A program made the position numbers and the translations under genes. Positions 1 through 9,082 of a DNA stretch of 64,000 nucleotides are shown piece by piece. How positions within the stretch are numbered: the first letter of the stretch is position 1; every line of letters begins with the position of its first letter. The notes below the pieces were generated by a model. That model was not told the DNA's origin. It saw only the letters and a program-made list of their open reading frames with translations, and ran no database searches. The stretch covers positions 27,301 to 91,300 of the forward strand of contig JAILNX010000011.1 in the NCBI GenBank assembly GCA_024691085.1. Reading direction: 5' to 3'. Origin of the DNA: Clostridiales bacterium (GTDB lineage: Bacteria; Bacillota; Clostridia; Christensenellales; CAG-138).

Positions 1-2
1 GC

Positions 3-254
3 CTTTCGTCGAAAACCTACTTTATAACGAAGCTGCTGCTCGGAGTCATATCTGGATCAATAGTCTATTTTGTTTACCCCATTATTCCGATGCCCATCGA
101 AACGATGAGCGGCCTTTCTGAGGGCCTTCCTGCCTTAAAGGATCAGTTTATAAGACGTTCTTTCTATATAGTATCGGCTGTAATGCCGCTGATGCTGACA
201 GCTGTTCTTTCATTGGCTGCGACGCGTTTTTTAAGAAAAGAAAAAGGGCGATGA
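3..254 (+). CDS. 3' end of an integral-membrane protein gene (5' part lies outside the window)
   Basis: Frame 3 is open from the window edge to TGA 252-254. The translation (..LLLGVISGSIVYFVYPIIPMPIE..SFYIVSAVMPLMLTAVLSLAATRFLRKEKGR*) is hydrophobic helices plus a basic tail. It is missing from the ORF track because no start lies in the window. Function is not assignable. Confidence 0.4.
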   Translation, partial: LSSKTYFITKLLLGVISGSIVYFVYPIIPMPIETMSGLSEGLPALKDQFIRRSFYIVSAVMPLMLTAVLSLAATRFLRKEKGR

Positions 255-281
255 TGCCTCACCGCCCGGGTTATCGTTCGA

Positions 282-1028
282 TTATTCGTCGTCGTCCTGG
301 AACTCTTCGTCCGCCTTTTTCTTCTTGCGTTTGAAGAGACCGCCGAAGAATCCTTCGTTCTGCTCCTCTTCCTCCTCAGCCTTGGCAGCCTGCGCAGCCT
401 TTTCTTCGTTGGCCTTGGCCTCCTCGGGAGATTCGGTGAAGTTGGGTTTCCTTACAGCGCCGAGATCCTTCTTGTTCATCTCGACAACGGAATAATAATC
501 GTCGAGGAACTGCATAAGGCTGCCGAGCACGTCGTCGGCGTAAGCCTTGGCGTTCTCGTAAACCATCTTGGCATTGTACTCCGCCTTGCGCTCAAGGAGA
601 TTTGCCCTGCGCTGAGCCTCAAGGGTAATGTCATGCTCGTCAAGGATCGCCTCGCGCTTCGTTTCGGCCTCGGCGATGATGCTGCTGGCGTTCGCCTCGG
701 CGGTGGCAATGATGCTTTCCTTCTTGCTCTCGGCCTCGCTCATAAGACCGTCGGCGCGTGCCTGCGCATTGTTGACAAGCTCCTTCGCGTAATTCTCGGC
801 CTTAGTGGTGATGTTCTTGGCGTCGGAAATGATGCTGTCGGCCTTGCGGACGTCCTCGGGAATGGTGACTTTGAGGTCTCCGAGAAGATTATAGACCTCC
901 TCTATATCGATGATCCTGCGGTCGGTATTGCCGCCGAAACGGGGAGAAGGACTTGACTCGATGATCTCTTCCAGCTCGCTGATTTTCTCAAGGCACAGTA
1001 CTACGTTGGGGTTTTCGTTATTTGCCAT
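282..1028 (-). CDS. coiled-coil protein with acidic/lysine-rich tail, function unknown
   Basis: 248-aa ORF starting 2 nt after the coaD stop. It has a long A/E/K/R-rich heptad-like region (..AENYAKELVNNAQARADGLMSEAESKKESIIATAEANASSIIAEAETKREAIL..) and a C-terminal EEEEEQ..KRKKKK..DDDE tail. No enzymatic motif was seen. Confidence 0.55.
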   Translation of the reverse strand: MANNENPNVVLCLEKISELEEIIESSPSPRFGGNTDRRIIDIEEVYNLLGDLKVTIPEDVRKADSIISDAKNITTKAENYAKELVNNAQARADGLMSEAESKKESIIATAEANASSIIAEAETKREAILDEHDITLEAQRRANLLERKAEYNAKMVYENAKAYADDVLGSLMQFLDDYYSVVEMNKKDLGAVRKPNFTESPEEAKANEEKAAQAAKAEEEEEQNEGFFGGLFKRKKKKADEEFQDDDE

Positions 1029-1029
1029 A

Positions 1030-1500
1030 TTACACTCTCCTTAGAATTATATGATCAGCATTCGGCACAAGACCGTCGATGCTAATTCCGATTTTTAAAA
1101 GCTGCCTCACGAGGCTGGAGCTGATGTAGGAATGCTCGGGCCTCGAGATCAGATAGACCGTCGTGATCTCGGAAGCTATGCGGTCGTTCACCGCCTCGAG
1201 CATGGTCTCGTACTCAACGTCGGAGCCGTTCCTTATGCCGCGTACGATAACGTTCGCGCCGACCGACCTTAAATAATCGACGAGCAGGCCGGAGCTTGAA
1301 TCGATACTGACGTTGGGAATATCCTTAACGGCGTCGGCGATGAGCTCGAGCCGGTCGCCAAGCGAAAAGTCCGTGCCCTTGCCGGGGTTGTCGAATATGG
1401 CGACAATGACCTCGTCAAACACCTTTGCGGCGCGCTTGACGATGTCAAGATGTCCGATCGTGAACGGATCGAAACTCCCGGGGAAAACAGCCTTGGTCAT
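1030..1500 (-). CDS. coaD: phosphopantetheine adenylyltransferase
   Basis: 156 aa. The N-terminal FPGSFDPFTIGHLDIV carries the nucleotidyltransferase HxGH-type motif. The start overlaps the rsmD stop by 4 nt, and rsmD-coaD is a conserved pair. Confidence 0.95.
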   Translation of the reverse strand: MTKAVFPGSFDPFTIGHLDIVKRAAKVFDEVIVAIFDNPGKGTDFSLGDRLELIADAVKDIPNVSIDSSSGLLVDYLRSVGANVIVRGIRNGSDVEYETMLEAVNDRIASEITTVYLISRPEHSYISSSLVRQLLKIGISIDGLVPNADHIILRRV

Positions 1501-2063
1501 TGTTCCGCCTTTCTTGAATAAACAGCGTAGGTGAGATAGGAATCGCCGTATTTCCTGCCCTCGCGAGGATAATAATTCGCCGTGAAAACAGGAGGGTTGT
1601 CCTTTGAATGTTCGCAGAGGACGATAGCGTTGTCGGAGAGGAGCCCAAGCCCGTCAAGTAGCTGTATCGCGTTCGATTCAAGATCCGTCTTATACGGAGG
1701 ATCGAGAAGGACTATGTCGAAGCTCCTTCCGGAGAGCGTCGGGAGTATCTTCAGCGCATCTCCCTGAATGACCTCCGCGTCCTGCGTCATGCCGAGCTTT
1801 TTAAGGTTGTCCCTGATAACCGAGACCGCCTTCCGGTCGGCGTCGCAGAACACGGCATTCTTCGCCCCGCGGGAGAGCGCCTCGATTCCGAGACCGCCGC
1901 TTCCGGCAAAGAGATCGAGAACGATCGCGCCTTCGACGTCGAACTGGATCATCCCGAACATCGCTTCCTTGACCTTGGCCAAAGTAGGTCTTGTGTCAAG
2001 TCCTTTGGGCGCCGCGATCTCCCTTCCCTTTGCATATCCTGCGATTACACGCATATAACTCAC
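1497..2063 (-). CDS. rsmD: 16S rRNA (guanine966-N2)-methyltransferase
   Basis: 188 aa with SAM-binding LDLFAGSGGLGIEALSRGA and the N-methyltransferase DPPY motif. Confidence 0.9.
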   Translation of the reverse strand: MSYMRVIAGYAKGREIAAPKGLDTRPTLAKVKEAMFGMIQFDVEGAIVLDLFAGSGGLGIEALSRGAKNAVFCDADRKAVSVIRDNLKKLGMTQDAEVIQGDALKILPTLSGRSFDIVLLDPPYKTDLESNAIQLLDGLGLLSDNAIVLCEHSKDNPPVFTANYYPREGRKYGDSYLTYAVYSRKAEQ

Positions 2064-2139
2064 TCCATATACACTTTATATTGTATCACCCTTTGGCTTT
2101 GGAATCAATAGCTTATTTATACAATTTTATTCCGAAAAA

Positions 2140-2715
2140 TCAGATTTGGGCGAGGATTAATTCCTTTGGCGTCACTATGGCGTCGACGCGTCTGTCGGTC
2201 GGTTCCGTCGGGACGCGATCGACAAGCTGGCAGTCAAACCCCACGGCGACGGTAAAGCAGCCGACTTTGGAAAGGAGCCTGTCGTAGTATCCCCCGCCCT
2301 GTCCGAGTCTGCTGAGGCTGCGGTCAAAGCCTATCGCAGGGAGTATCACAGCGTCGATCCTTTCATACGGGACCTCCTCGGCCGTCCTCACATCGGGTTC
2401 GAGAATGCCGTACGCGCCGACGGTAAATCCGTTTTCCTTACTGGGGATATAGAGTTTAAGTCCGCCGTCCTCAATGCAAAGCGGAAAAACGACCTTCTTG
2501 CCAAGCGCAGAGAGCTCCTTCACTGTGGGAAGTATGTCAAGCTCATACTTCATCGGCATATAGGCAAGCACGTACTCCGCGTCAAGTATGCCTTTAAGGG
2601 ACAGAAGCTTTTCGGCGACTGCCAGCGAAGCGTTCTTCCTCTCCCCGTCGGATACAGAACGGCGAAGAGTCCTTATCTCGCTCCGAAGAAGCGCTTTCTG
2701 TTCGGTAATATCCAT
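2140..2715 (-). CDS. 5-formyltetrahydrofolate cyclo-ligase family protein
   Basis: 191 aa. The C-terminal GQGGGYYDRLL motif and overall size fit the MTHFS family. Confidence 0.85.
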   Translation of the reverse strand: MDITEQKALLRSEIRTLRRSVSDGERKNASLAVAEKLLSLKGILDAEYVLAYMPMKYELDILPTVKELSALGKKVVFPLCIEDGGLKLYIPSKENGFTVGAYGILEPDVRTAEEVPYERIDAVILPAIGFDRSLSRLGQGGGYYDRLLSKVGCFTVAVGFDCQLVDRVPTEPTDRRVDAIVTPKELILAQI

Positions 2716-2716
2716 C

Positions 2717-3889
2717 TCAGCCCCTCTTATAGCAGAGCTTGCCGTTGATGAAAGTCATTACGCAATGCGAAAGCGTCTGGAGAGGATCGCCGTCGAATAC
2801 TGCGATATCGGCGTCTTTGCCGGCGGTGATGCTTCCGATCCTGTCGTCAAGGCCTGTGATCCTCGCCGCGTTGATCGTGATCGCCTTAAGCGCCTCATAT
2901 TCCGGAAGCCCCTCGCGGGCAGCAAGACCTGCTTCAATTGGCAGATACTGCTCGGGAATGACCGGTGAATCCGTCATTATGGCAAAGGGGATGCCGTTTT
3001 CATAGAGTATTCTCGGAGCCTCGAAGCTTAAGTTCCTGAGCTCGATCTTGCCCCTGTCGGAAAGCAGCGGCCCGACAATAACGCCCGCGCCGAGCCCGTC
3101 GACGGTCTCCTTGATAAGCTCGGGTATCATATAGCCCTCGGTGCAGTGGTCGAGAGTTATGCGGATGTTGAACTCCTTGGCGATGCGGATCGCGGTAAGG
3201 ATATCGTCGGCGCGGTGTGCGTGGATCTTAAGGGGAAGCTCGCGGCGTACTACGGGCAGAAGCGCCTCCATGGCAAGGTCCTTCTCGGGGAGCTTGGACG
3301 CGTCGTCGCCCGCAAGGGCGATCTTCCTGTCGTACTCCTTTGCCTTAATGAGAGTCCGCCTTAACGTCGCCGCTATCTGCATACGGGTAAAGATGGTCTT
3401 CTGGCTGTGGTAAACGCGCTTCGGGTTCTCGCCGAAAGCCGCCTTCATGGCAACGGTCTCTTTCAGGAGCATGTCCTCTACGTCGCGTCCGAACGTCTTG
3501 ATCGCGCAGAAGGTTCCGCCGACGACGTTGGCGCTGCCGGGACCTGTCACGCAGGTCGTGACGCCGCCGCTCCTCGCCTCATCAAAGCATCTGTCGAATG
3601 GATTGATCGCGTCGATCGCGCGCATATCGGGCGTAGAAGTCGCGGACATTTCGTTTCCGTCGTCGCCCTCGAAGCCCATCCCGTCCTCAAAAAGGCCGAT
3701 GTGGCAGTGAGCGTCGACAAAGCCTGGGACGACCGTCATACCGGTAAGATCGAATATCTCCGCACCTTCAGCGGGAAGATCCCTGCCGACGGCCTTGATC
3801 ACGGTGCCGTCCATAAGGATATCGCCCGTGAACTCGCGCTCGAAGCTCTCGTCCATGGAGATGATTTTCGCGTTCTTTAACAGTATCAT
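2717..3889 (-). CDS. metal-dependent amidohydrolase superfamily protein (substrate unknown)
   Basis: 390 aa. It has the N-terminal GFVDAHCH metal-binding motif, a later IHAH, and a C-terminal GKDADIAVFD signature typical of the amidohydrolase fold. Confidence 0.8.
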   Translation of the reverse strand: MILLKNAKIISMDESFEREFTGDILMDGTVIKAVGRDLPAEGAEIFDLTGMTVVPGFVDAHCHIGLFEDGMGFEGDDGNEMSATSTPDMRAIDAINPFDRCFDEARSGGVTTCVTGPGSANVVGGTFCAIKTFGRDVEDMLLKETVAMKAAFGENPKRVYHSQKTIFTRMQIAATLRRTLIKAKEYDRKIALAGDDASKLPEKDLAMEALLPVVRRELPLKIHAHRADDILTAIRIAKEFNIRITLDHCTEGYMIPELIKETVDGLGAGVIVGPLLSDRGKIELRNLSFEAPRILYENGIPFAIMTDSPVIPEQYLPIEAGLAAREGLPEYEALKAITINAARITGLDDRIGSITAGKDADIAVFDGDPLQTLSHCVMTFINGKLCYKRG

Positions 3890-5484
3890 TGTTTATTCCT
3901 CCTGTTCAGATCATTTGAAACGATTTCAATTATGTCGCTTGCGGCGACGAAACGGTTGTGGAGAAAGTCGATCGACTTCTCCGCGGAAAGGCCGAGCACG
4001 TATGCGCCGAGCGACGCCGCGTCATAGGGCTTCACTCCCTGCGCGATGAAGGCGGTTATTATCCCCGCGAGCACGTCGCCGCTTCCGCCCTTTGCGAGCG
4101 CGCTGGAGCCGGAATCGTTATAGCGAATAGTCCCGTCGGGCGAAGCGAGCACGCTTGAGTCCGACTTTAACAGCACGTTCACGCCGTTGGCCTTTGCAAA
4201 ATCAAGGGCGACACGCGTTCTGTACTTTACGACGTGATCGACCTTTTCGCCGGTTAACCTCGCCATTTCCGCCGGATGCGGCGTCAGAACGACCTTGTCG
4301 TGTAGAAGCTCGTACAGCTTTTTATTCTTAGCAAGTGTATTGAGTCCGTCTGCGTCGATGACGCAGGGCTTTTTCGACTCAAGCGTCTTCTTCAGAAGCT
4401 CAAGCGTTCTTTTGCCTGTACCCATGCCGCATCCTATAAGGATCGCGTTCGACCATTTGATAAGCTCGTCCGCGTCCTCGTCGTCCGTGAGTATCATCGC
4501 CTCGGGAACCGCGGTGAAAGAGGGCTTTATCGCATCGGGAACAAGCACCCTTGTAAGTCCCGCTCCCGAACGTATGCAGGCGAGCGTGCTCATGAGCGCC
4601 GCTCCGGGCATGTCCTCCGACCCGACGATTAGCGCCGCCTTGCCGAAAGCGCCCTTATTCGCGGAAGGCTCCCTCTTAGGTCTTAACCGGAGCGCGAGCA
4701 TGTCGTCGATAAGAGTCTGGTTCCTTACCGAAACGTCCGCAGCATAGACGACGTCCGTTTCGCCGTCCTCGTATCTGACGATCAGCTGACCGTTTTTCGC
4801 GAGCTTGTCGCCTACGCCGTAGCGGACGGTCTCGCCGTTATCGACGCTTACGTGATGCCCGATAGAAACGCAGTCCGAGGCGAACTCTTTAAGGAACGCT
4901 TCCTGATCCTTCATGAAAAGGTTATACTTCACTTCAAATTCAGCGAGTATCGCGTTGACCGCGTCGATCACGTTTATGAACTTGCCGTACTGGAGATAAA
5001 CGCTCGATGCAGGCTGCAGAAGCCCGTCGGGGAGCTTTTTCGCGTTTAGGTTAAGTCCGATGCCTATTATCGCGAATTTTGTTCCGTTGAGGCTCACGGT
5101 CTCCGAAAGAATGCCGCAGACCTTCTCTAATCTATCCTTCGTGATAAGGTCGTTAGGCCACTTGACGGACAGTTCCGCGACACCGTTCGTGAGCTTTTTT
5201 ACAGCGTCCTTTACCGCGAGCGCCGCGACGAGATTGAGAATGGGCATTCTGTCCATGGAGAGCTTCGTTGTCCTGACGATGCTCATCATGACGGCGGCTT
5301 CGCTGTTCAGCCATTCGCGGCCGTTCCGTCCCCTGCCCTCAGTCTGTTCGTCTGCGACGAACACGAGCCTGTCCGCAGACGTTCCGAGCCTTTCGATCTC
5401 GCGCCTCGCGGCGTTGTTCGTGGAATCGATAACTTCAAATTTATAGACGGTGTAAGGGTATTTTTGATATGAAAAAACCTTCAT
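3886..5484 (-). CDS. birA: fusion protein: biotin--protein ligase (group I, no HTH) + ADP/ATP-dependent NAD(P)HX dehydratase (YjeF C-terminal type)
   Basis: 532 aa. The N-terminal half has ADEQTEGRGRNGREW and KWPNDL biotin-ligase motifs. The C-terminal half has KGAFGKAALIVGSEDMPGAALM.., VIDADGLN, TPHPAEMARL and GGSGDVLAGII carbohydrate-kinase-fold motifs. There is no stop between the halves. Confidence 0.8.
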   Translation of the reverse strand: MKVFSYQKYPYTVYKFEVIDSTNNAARREIERLGTSADRLVFVADEQTEGRGRNGREWLNSEAAVMMSIVRTTKLSMDRMPILNLVAALAVKDAVKKLTNGVAELSVKWPNDLITKDRLEKVCGILSETVSLNGTKFAIIGIGLNLNAKKLPDGLLQPASSVYLQYGKFINVIDAVNAILAEFEVKYNLFMKDQEAFLKEFASDCVSIGHHVSVDNGETVRYGVGDKLAKNGQLIVRYEDGETDVVYAADVSVRNQTLIDDMLALRLRPKREPSANKGAFGKAALIVGSEDMPGAALMSTLACIRSGAGLTRVLVPDAIKPSFTAVPEAMILTDDEDADELIKWSNAILIGCGMGTGKRTLELLKKTLESKKPCVIDADGLNTLAKNKKLYELLHDKVVLTPHPAEMARLTGEKVDHVVKYRTRVALDFAKANGVNVLLKSDSSVLASPDGTIRYNDSGSSALAKGGSGDVLAGIITAFIAQGVKPYDAASLGAYVLGLSAEKSIDFLHNRFVAASDIIEIVSNDLNRRNKQ

Positions 5485-5485
5485 C

Positions 5486-5962
5486 TCAGTCGTTCTCCCC
5501 CATTGCCTTCATGATAGTTTCATGGCTGAAGCCCCTTGTTGACAGTCTTGAATAAACGCGTTTTTTAAGCTCGTCGCCTTCGCACTGACCGTTGAACTGG
5601 CGTGTGTACTTGTTAACGAGCTCCACCGCGTTCTCAAGCTCCGTATCGTCCGGGACGGAAGAGAGAGCGTCGTCGATGATATCGTCGGGAACGAAATGAC
5701 CGCGAAGCTGTTCGCGAAGGCGGAACTTGCTGACCGGCTTCGTATTGAGCCTCGATTCAATAAAGTCGCTCGCGTATTTTTCGTCGTTAAGAAGTCCCGC
5801 GTCTTTCAGCCTTTCGACGGCCTGCATTATCTCGCCTTCCGAGTAGCAGCCTTCGTCGAGCTTAAGCTCCACCTCGCGGACAGTTCTCGCCTTCGGCGTC
5901 AGAAACCTCAGCGCCGTATCGTAAGCGGAAAGGCACGCGGGCTTTTTTTTCTTTCGGGCCAT
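5486..5962 (-). CDS. recX: RecX family regulatory protein
   Basis: 158 aa made of repeated three-helix units (..ALRFLTPKARTVREVELKL.., ..ASDFIESRL.., ..AVELVNKY..) typical of RecX. Its first 101 nt overlap the preceding flippase ORF. Confidence 0.7.
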   Translation of the reverse strand: MARKKKKPACLSAYDTALRFLTPKARTVREVELKLDEGCYSEGEIMQAVERLKDAGLLNDEKYASDFIESRLNTKPVSKFRLREQLRGHFVPDDIIDDALSSVPDDTELENAVELVNKYTRQFNGQCEGDELKKRVYSRLSTRGFSHETIMKAMGEND

Positions 5963-7307
5963 AATTACCTCTCATCTCATTATTCTCAGATGATTTTATC
6001 ATATCGCCGCGAGAATTGCCACAGTTTTTTAGAGCGTTTGTGACGGCGAAAAGGTTCATCGCAAGCCTTGCGAGCTCTCCAATGATCATGCCTAAAGCCC
6101 AGCCTTTCATGCCGAGCACCGGCGCGAGAAGGAGTATCAATATAAGCTGATACGCCTCCCCCGTCACGGCGAACAGGAGGACGGTCTTCTGCTTCATCAG
6201 CCCGTTCAGCACCGATACGGAAACGACCTGGCAGAATATCACGAGCGCTTTTATCAGTAATAGCAGGAATACTCCAGCGTCGACGCTTCGGCCGAAGAGT
6301 TTTACGGCGATATTGCCTCCGAATACTGCAAGCGCCGAAGTCGACAGTACTCCCGTTATCAAAACCGCCGCGAACGATTTTTTTACGATGCCTGTCGGAT
6401 CCCCTTTTTTTGATACGGTCTCGGATATCTCAGGCATTATCACGGCGGCCACCGCTCCGACGAGCGCCATAGGAAACATAGTGATCGGCACCGCGACGGT
6501 ATTGACAACGCCGATCTCGGATACCGCGGCGCCGGACGTGAGTCCGAACTTCACCAGCAGCGACGGCAGTATCAAAGCGCCGACCGATGAAAACACGTTT
6601 GTGGATACAGCGGTGAGCGTCGCGGGAAAAGCTATGCGGACGAGGTCTGAAAGTACGCCGCCTTCGCTTCTTTTAAATGAAATTCGGCCGAAGAGGCTAT
6701 AGTATGAAACGGACAGGAAGCTCACGCTGACGAACTCGCTCATCGTCATTCCGAGAATTATCAGGAAAACCGTGAACGAATCTTTGGGATGGGAAACGTT
6801 CTTCAAAAGCAGTATCACGAGAACGAATCTCACTCCCTGCTCAAGTATCTCGGAAACTGCGCATCGGCTGACGTTCTTCGTTCCGATATGAATGGATTTC
6901 AGCACGTTCTCTACGCCCGTCATCAGTATGCAGATCAGCATCAGCGTAAGCGCGGACGAGACACCGCCGTCGCCCAGAACTCTTTCCGCCAAAGCTTTTC
7001 TTAATAAAAAAAGCGGAACTGCCATTGCCGACCAGAGCGCAAAAAGAACGGGCAGAGCCGTCAAGACGAGCCTGCCCATCCGCTCTTTTTCCGTTCTCGA
7101 GCTCAAAGCGGTCACTGCGACGTTCAGTCCCGAAATGCAGACGGAGACCACTATCCCGTAGACCTGCATAACGAGCGAGTTGAGCCCCAAGGAAAGCGCG
7201 CCGGCTTCGCGGCTCAGCGCCATCCTGTACGCGAAGCCCATAATCTGCAGGACGGTGTTAGAGCAAAAAAGCATCAGCACCCTGTATGAGATCCTGTTCC
7301 TGTTCAT
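5862..7307 (-). CDS. MOP-superfamily polysaccharide/lipid II flippase, SpoVB-like
   Basis: 481 aa and polytopic (many hydrophobic helices). The N-terminus ..NTVLQIMGFAYRMALSREAGALSLGLNSLVMQVYGIVVSVCISGLNVAVTALSSR resembles SpoVB/MurJ-type proteins. The last ~33 codons overlap recX in another frame. Confidence 0.7.
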   Translation of the reverse strand: MNRNRISYRVLMLFCSNTVLQIMGFAYRMALSREAGALSLGLNSLVMQVYGIVVSVCISGLNVAVTALSSRTEKERMGRLVLTALPVLFALWSAMAVPLFLLRKALAERVLGDGGVSSALTLMLICILMTGVENVLKSIHIGTKNVSRCAVSEILEQGVRFVLVILLLKNVSHPKDSFTVFLIILGMTMSEFVSVSFLSVSYYSLFGRISFKRSEGGVLSDLVRIAFPATLTAVSTNVFSSVGALILPSLLVKFGLTSGAAVSEIGVVNTVAVPITMFPMALVGAVAAVIMPEISETVSKKGDPTGIVKKSFAAVLITGVLSTSALAVFGGNIAVKLFGRSVDAGVFLLLLIKALVIFCQVVSVSVLNGLMKQKTVLLFAVTGEAYQLILILLLAPVLGMKGWALGMIIGELARLAMNLFAVTNALKNCGNSRGDMIKSSENNEMRGNYGPKEKKARVPFRLRYGAEVSDAEGENCPRGGA

Positions 7308-7353
7308 ACAGAATGTTAATGCTTTTTACTTACCGATTATGCCTCTGAAGATA

Positions 7354-8259
7354 TCAGATGAGCGAACCGATTATGCCCGCATTGTTGCCGGCGACCGCCT
7401 TGACGATCTTTCCGCAGGAGCCGAAGAACGTCTTGCCGGGAACCTTTCTCCTTAACGGCTCAAGCAGGACCTCGCCCGCCTCTGAAACGCCTCCGCCGAT
7501 CGCGATGACCTCGGGATCCAGAATGTTGACGAAAGAAGCGATAGCGTCCGCGAGGGCGTCGGTGTACTCGTCAAACAGCTCGTTCGCATAAAGGTCGCCC
7601 GACTTTGCGCATTCGATGACGAGCTTCGCGTCGAGCTCCTCGCCTTCGGCTACGCGCTTCGCTATAAGACCGCGCTCCTGGTCGACAGCCCTCTCGCCGA
7701 GGCGCTTGAGCGCCATGGCGGAACAGAGCGTCTCGATGCAGCCGTGATGACCGCACGCGCATTTCCTTCCGCCCCTGTCGATAACGGCATGACCTGGCTC
7801 GGTGCCCCTGTCAAGGCCGCCGTGGAAGAGCTTGCCGTCAATAATGAGCGCTCCGCCGAAGCCGGTGCCGATGGTTATGAGAAGACCGGTCTTTATGCCC
7901 TGCATCGCGCCCGCCATTAGCTCGGCGACGCCCGCAGCGTCGGCGTCGTTTCTTACGATGATCCTGTTGGCCTTGAGCCTTTCCCAAATAAGCTGTTTGA
8001 CCGGAACGTTCCACATGCCGATGTTCCACGCGTCGACGATGCCGCCGTCCTTATCGACGAAGCCGGGGATGGTGATGCCGATGGTGCGGATCTCCTCGTC
8101 GCCCGCGAGTTCTTTCGCCGTGTTTACGATGAGATCGACGAGCGCGTCGGGATCCCTGAACGGCGTCGGCTTGTTGAGCTTCTTAACGATGTTGAAGTTT
8201 TCGTCCACAACACCGATCTTGATGGTCGTTCCGCCGATATCAAAGCCCAGATTAATCAT
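7354..8259 (-). CDS. glcK: ROK family glucokinase
   Basis: 301 aa with an N-terminal GFDIGGTTIK ATP-binding motif and the ROK zinc motif CACGHHGCIE. Confidence 0.85.
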   Translation of the reverse strand: MINLGFDIGGTTIKIGVVDENFNIVKKLNKPTPFRDPDALVDLIVNTAKELAGDEEIRTIGITIPGFVDKDGGIVDAWNIGMWNVPVKQLIWERLKANRIIVRNDADAAGVAELMAGAMQGIKTGLLITIGTGFGGALIIDGKLFHGGLDRGTEPGHAVIDRGGRKCACGHHGCIETLCSAMALKRLGERAVDQERGLIAKRVAEGEELDAKLVIECAKSGDLYANELFDEYTDALADAIASFVNILDPEVIAIGGGVSEAGEVLLEPLRRKVPGKTFFGSCGKIVKAVAGNNAGIIGSLI

Positions 8260-9082
8260 TGATACTGCTCCTTTCAGAAAGATTTATAATATAATTATCA
8301 ATGAACCATTTTACGCCGTCCTCCCTGCAAGGAGGAGCGATCACGCTGGCGGCCGATTTGACGAGCTCGTTCCCGTCCTCGACGCAGCAGCCCAGTCCCG
8401 CAAGCTCGATCATTTCAAGATCGAGAGTGTTGTCGCCGATAGCCGCGGTCTCGTCCCTTGAGACGCCGAGATGCTCGGCGAGCTTAAGAAGGGCAGTTCC
8501 CTTGTTCGCGCCTATCGTGTTGAACTCGATGAATCCCGGAGAGGATGCCGATACCGCAGCAAGCCCCTTTAATTTCTCCTGAAAATAAGGCATGAGATCC
8601 TTTACCCTTTCGGGCTCGGTGATGATAAGCACCTTCGGGACGTTCCGCCACGTCATGCGGCGGATCATAGGCTCTATCCTTTTGGGGAGAGAGAGCGCTT
8701 CCGAATAGAGCGTGCCGTAAAGATGCTCGTGCTCGTAGACGATCTCGTCGCCCTGATAGAGATGCACGTGAAGATCGAGCGCTTCGGCAAGGTCGAGTAT
8801 GTACGTTACGGTCTCGGGTTCGAGCTCCGTAACAAAGAACGGCTTGCCCGTCGCAGCGTCGTTGATCATGGCGCCGCCGTAGTTGATGATGAGCTTGTTG
8901 AGCCCAAGCTCCGACCAGACCTTTTTCGAACCGAGGAAGCCTCTGCCCGTCGCGATCGTTACGTAAACGCCCGCGTCCTCCGCTGCCTTTATGGCCTTTT
9001 TGTTCGCCTCGGAGATTACCCCGCCGCGCGGAAGGAGCGTGTCGTCTATATCCATTGCAAGAAGCTTGTACTTAAGAGCCAC
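8252..9082 (-). CDS. Cof-type HAD-IIB phosphatase
   Basis: 276 aa with DIDDTLL (DxDxT nucleophile motif) and a late GDNTLDLEM motif. It overlaps glcK by 8 nt. Confidence 0.85.
   Translation of the reverse strand: MALKYKLLAMDIDDTLLPRGGVISEANKKAIKAAEDAGVYVTIATGRGFLGSKKVWSELGLNKLIINYGGAMINDAATGKPFFVTELEPETVTYILDLAEALDLHVHLYQGDEIVYEHEHLYGTLYSEALSLPKRIEPMIRRMTWRNVPKVLIITEPERVKDLMPYFQEKLKGLAAVSASSPGFIEFNTIGANKGTALLKLAEHLGVSRDETAAIGDNTLDLEMIELAGLGCCVEDGNELVKSAASVIAPPCREDGVKWFIDNYIINLSERSSIND

Noticed and set aside
246-267. Possible terminator hairpin after the partial membrane-protein gene
   Set aside because: It has only a 5-bp GC stem (gggcg/cgccc) with a 12-nt loop and no U-tract, which is too weak to call.
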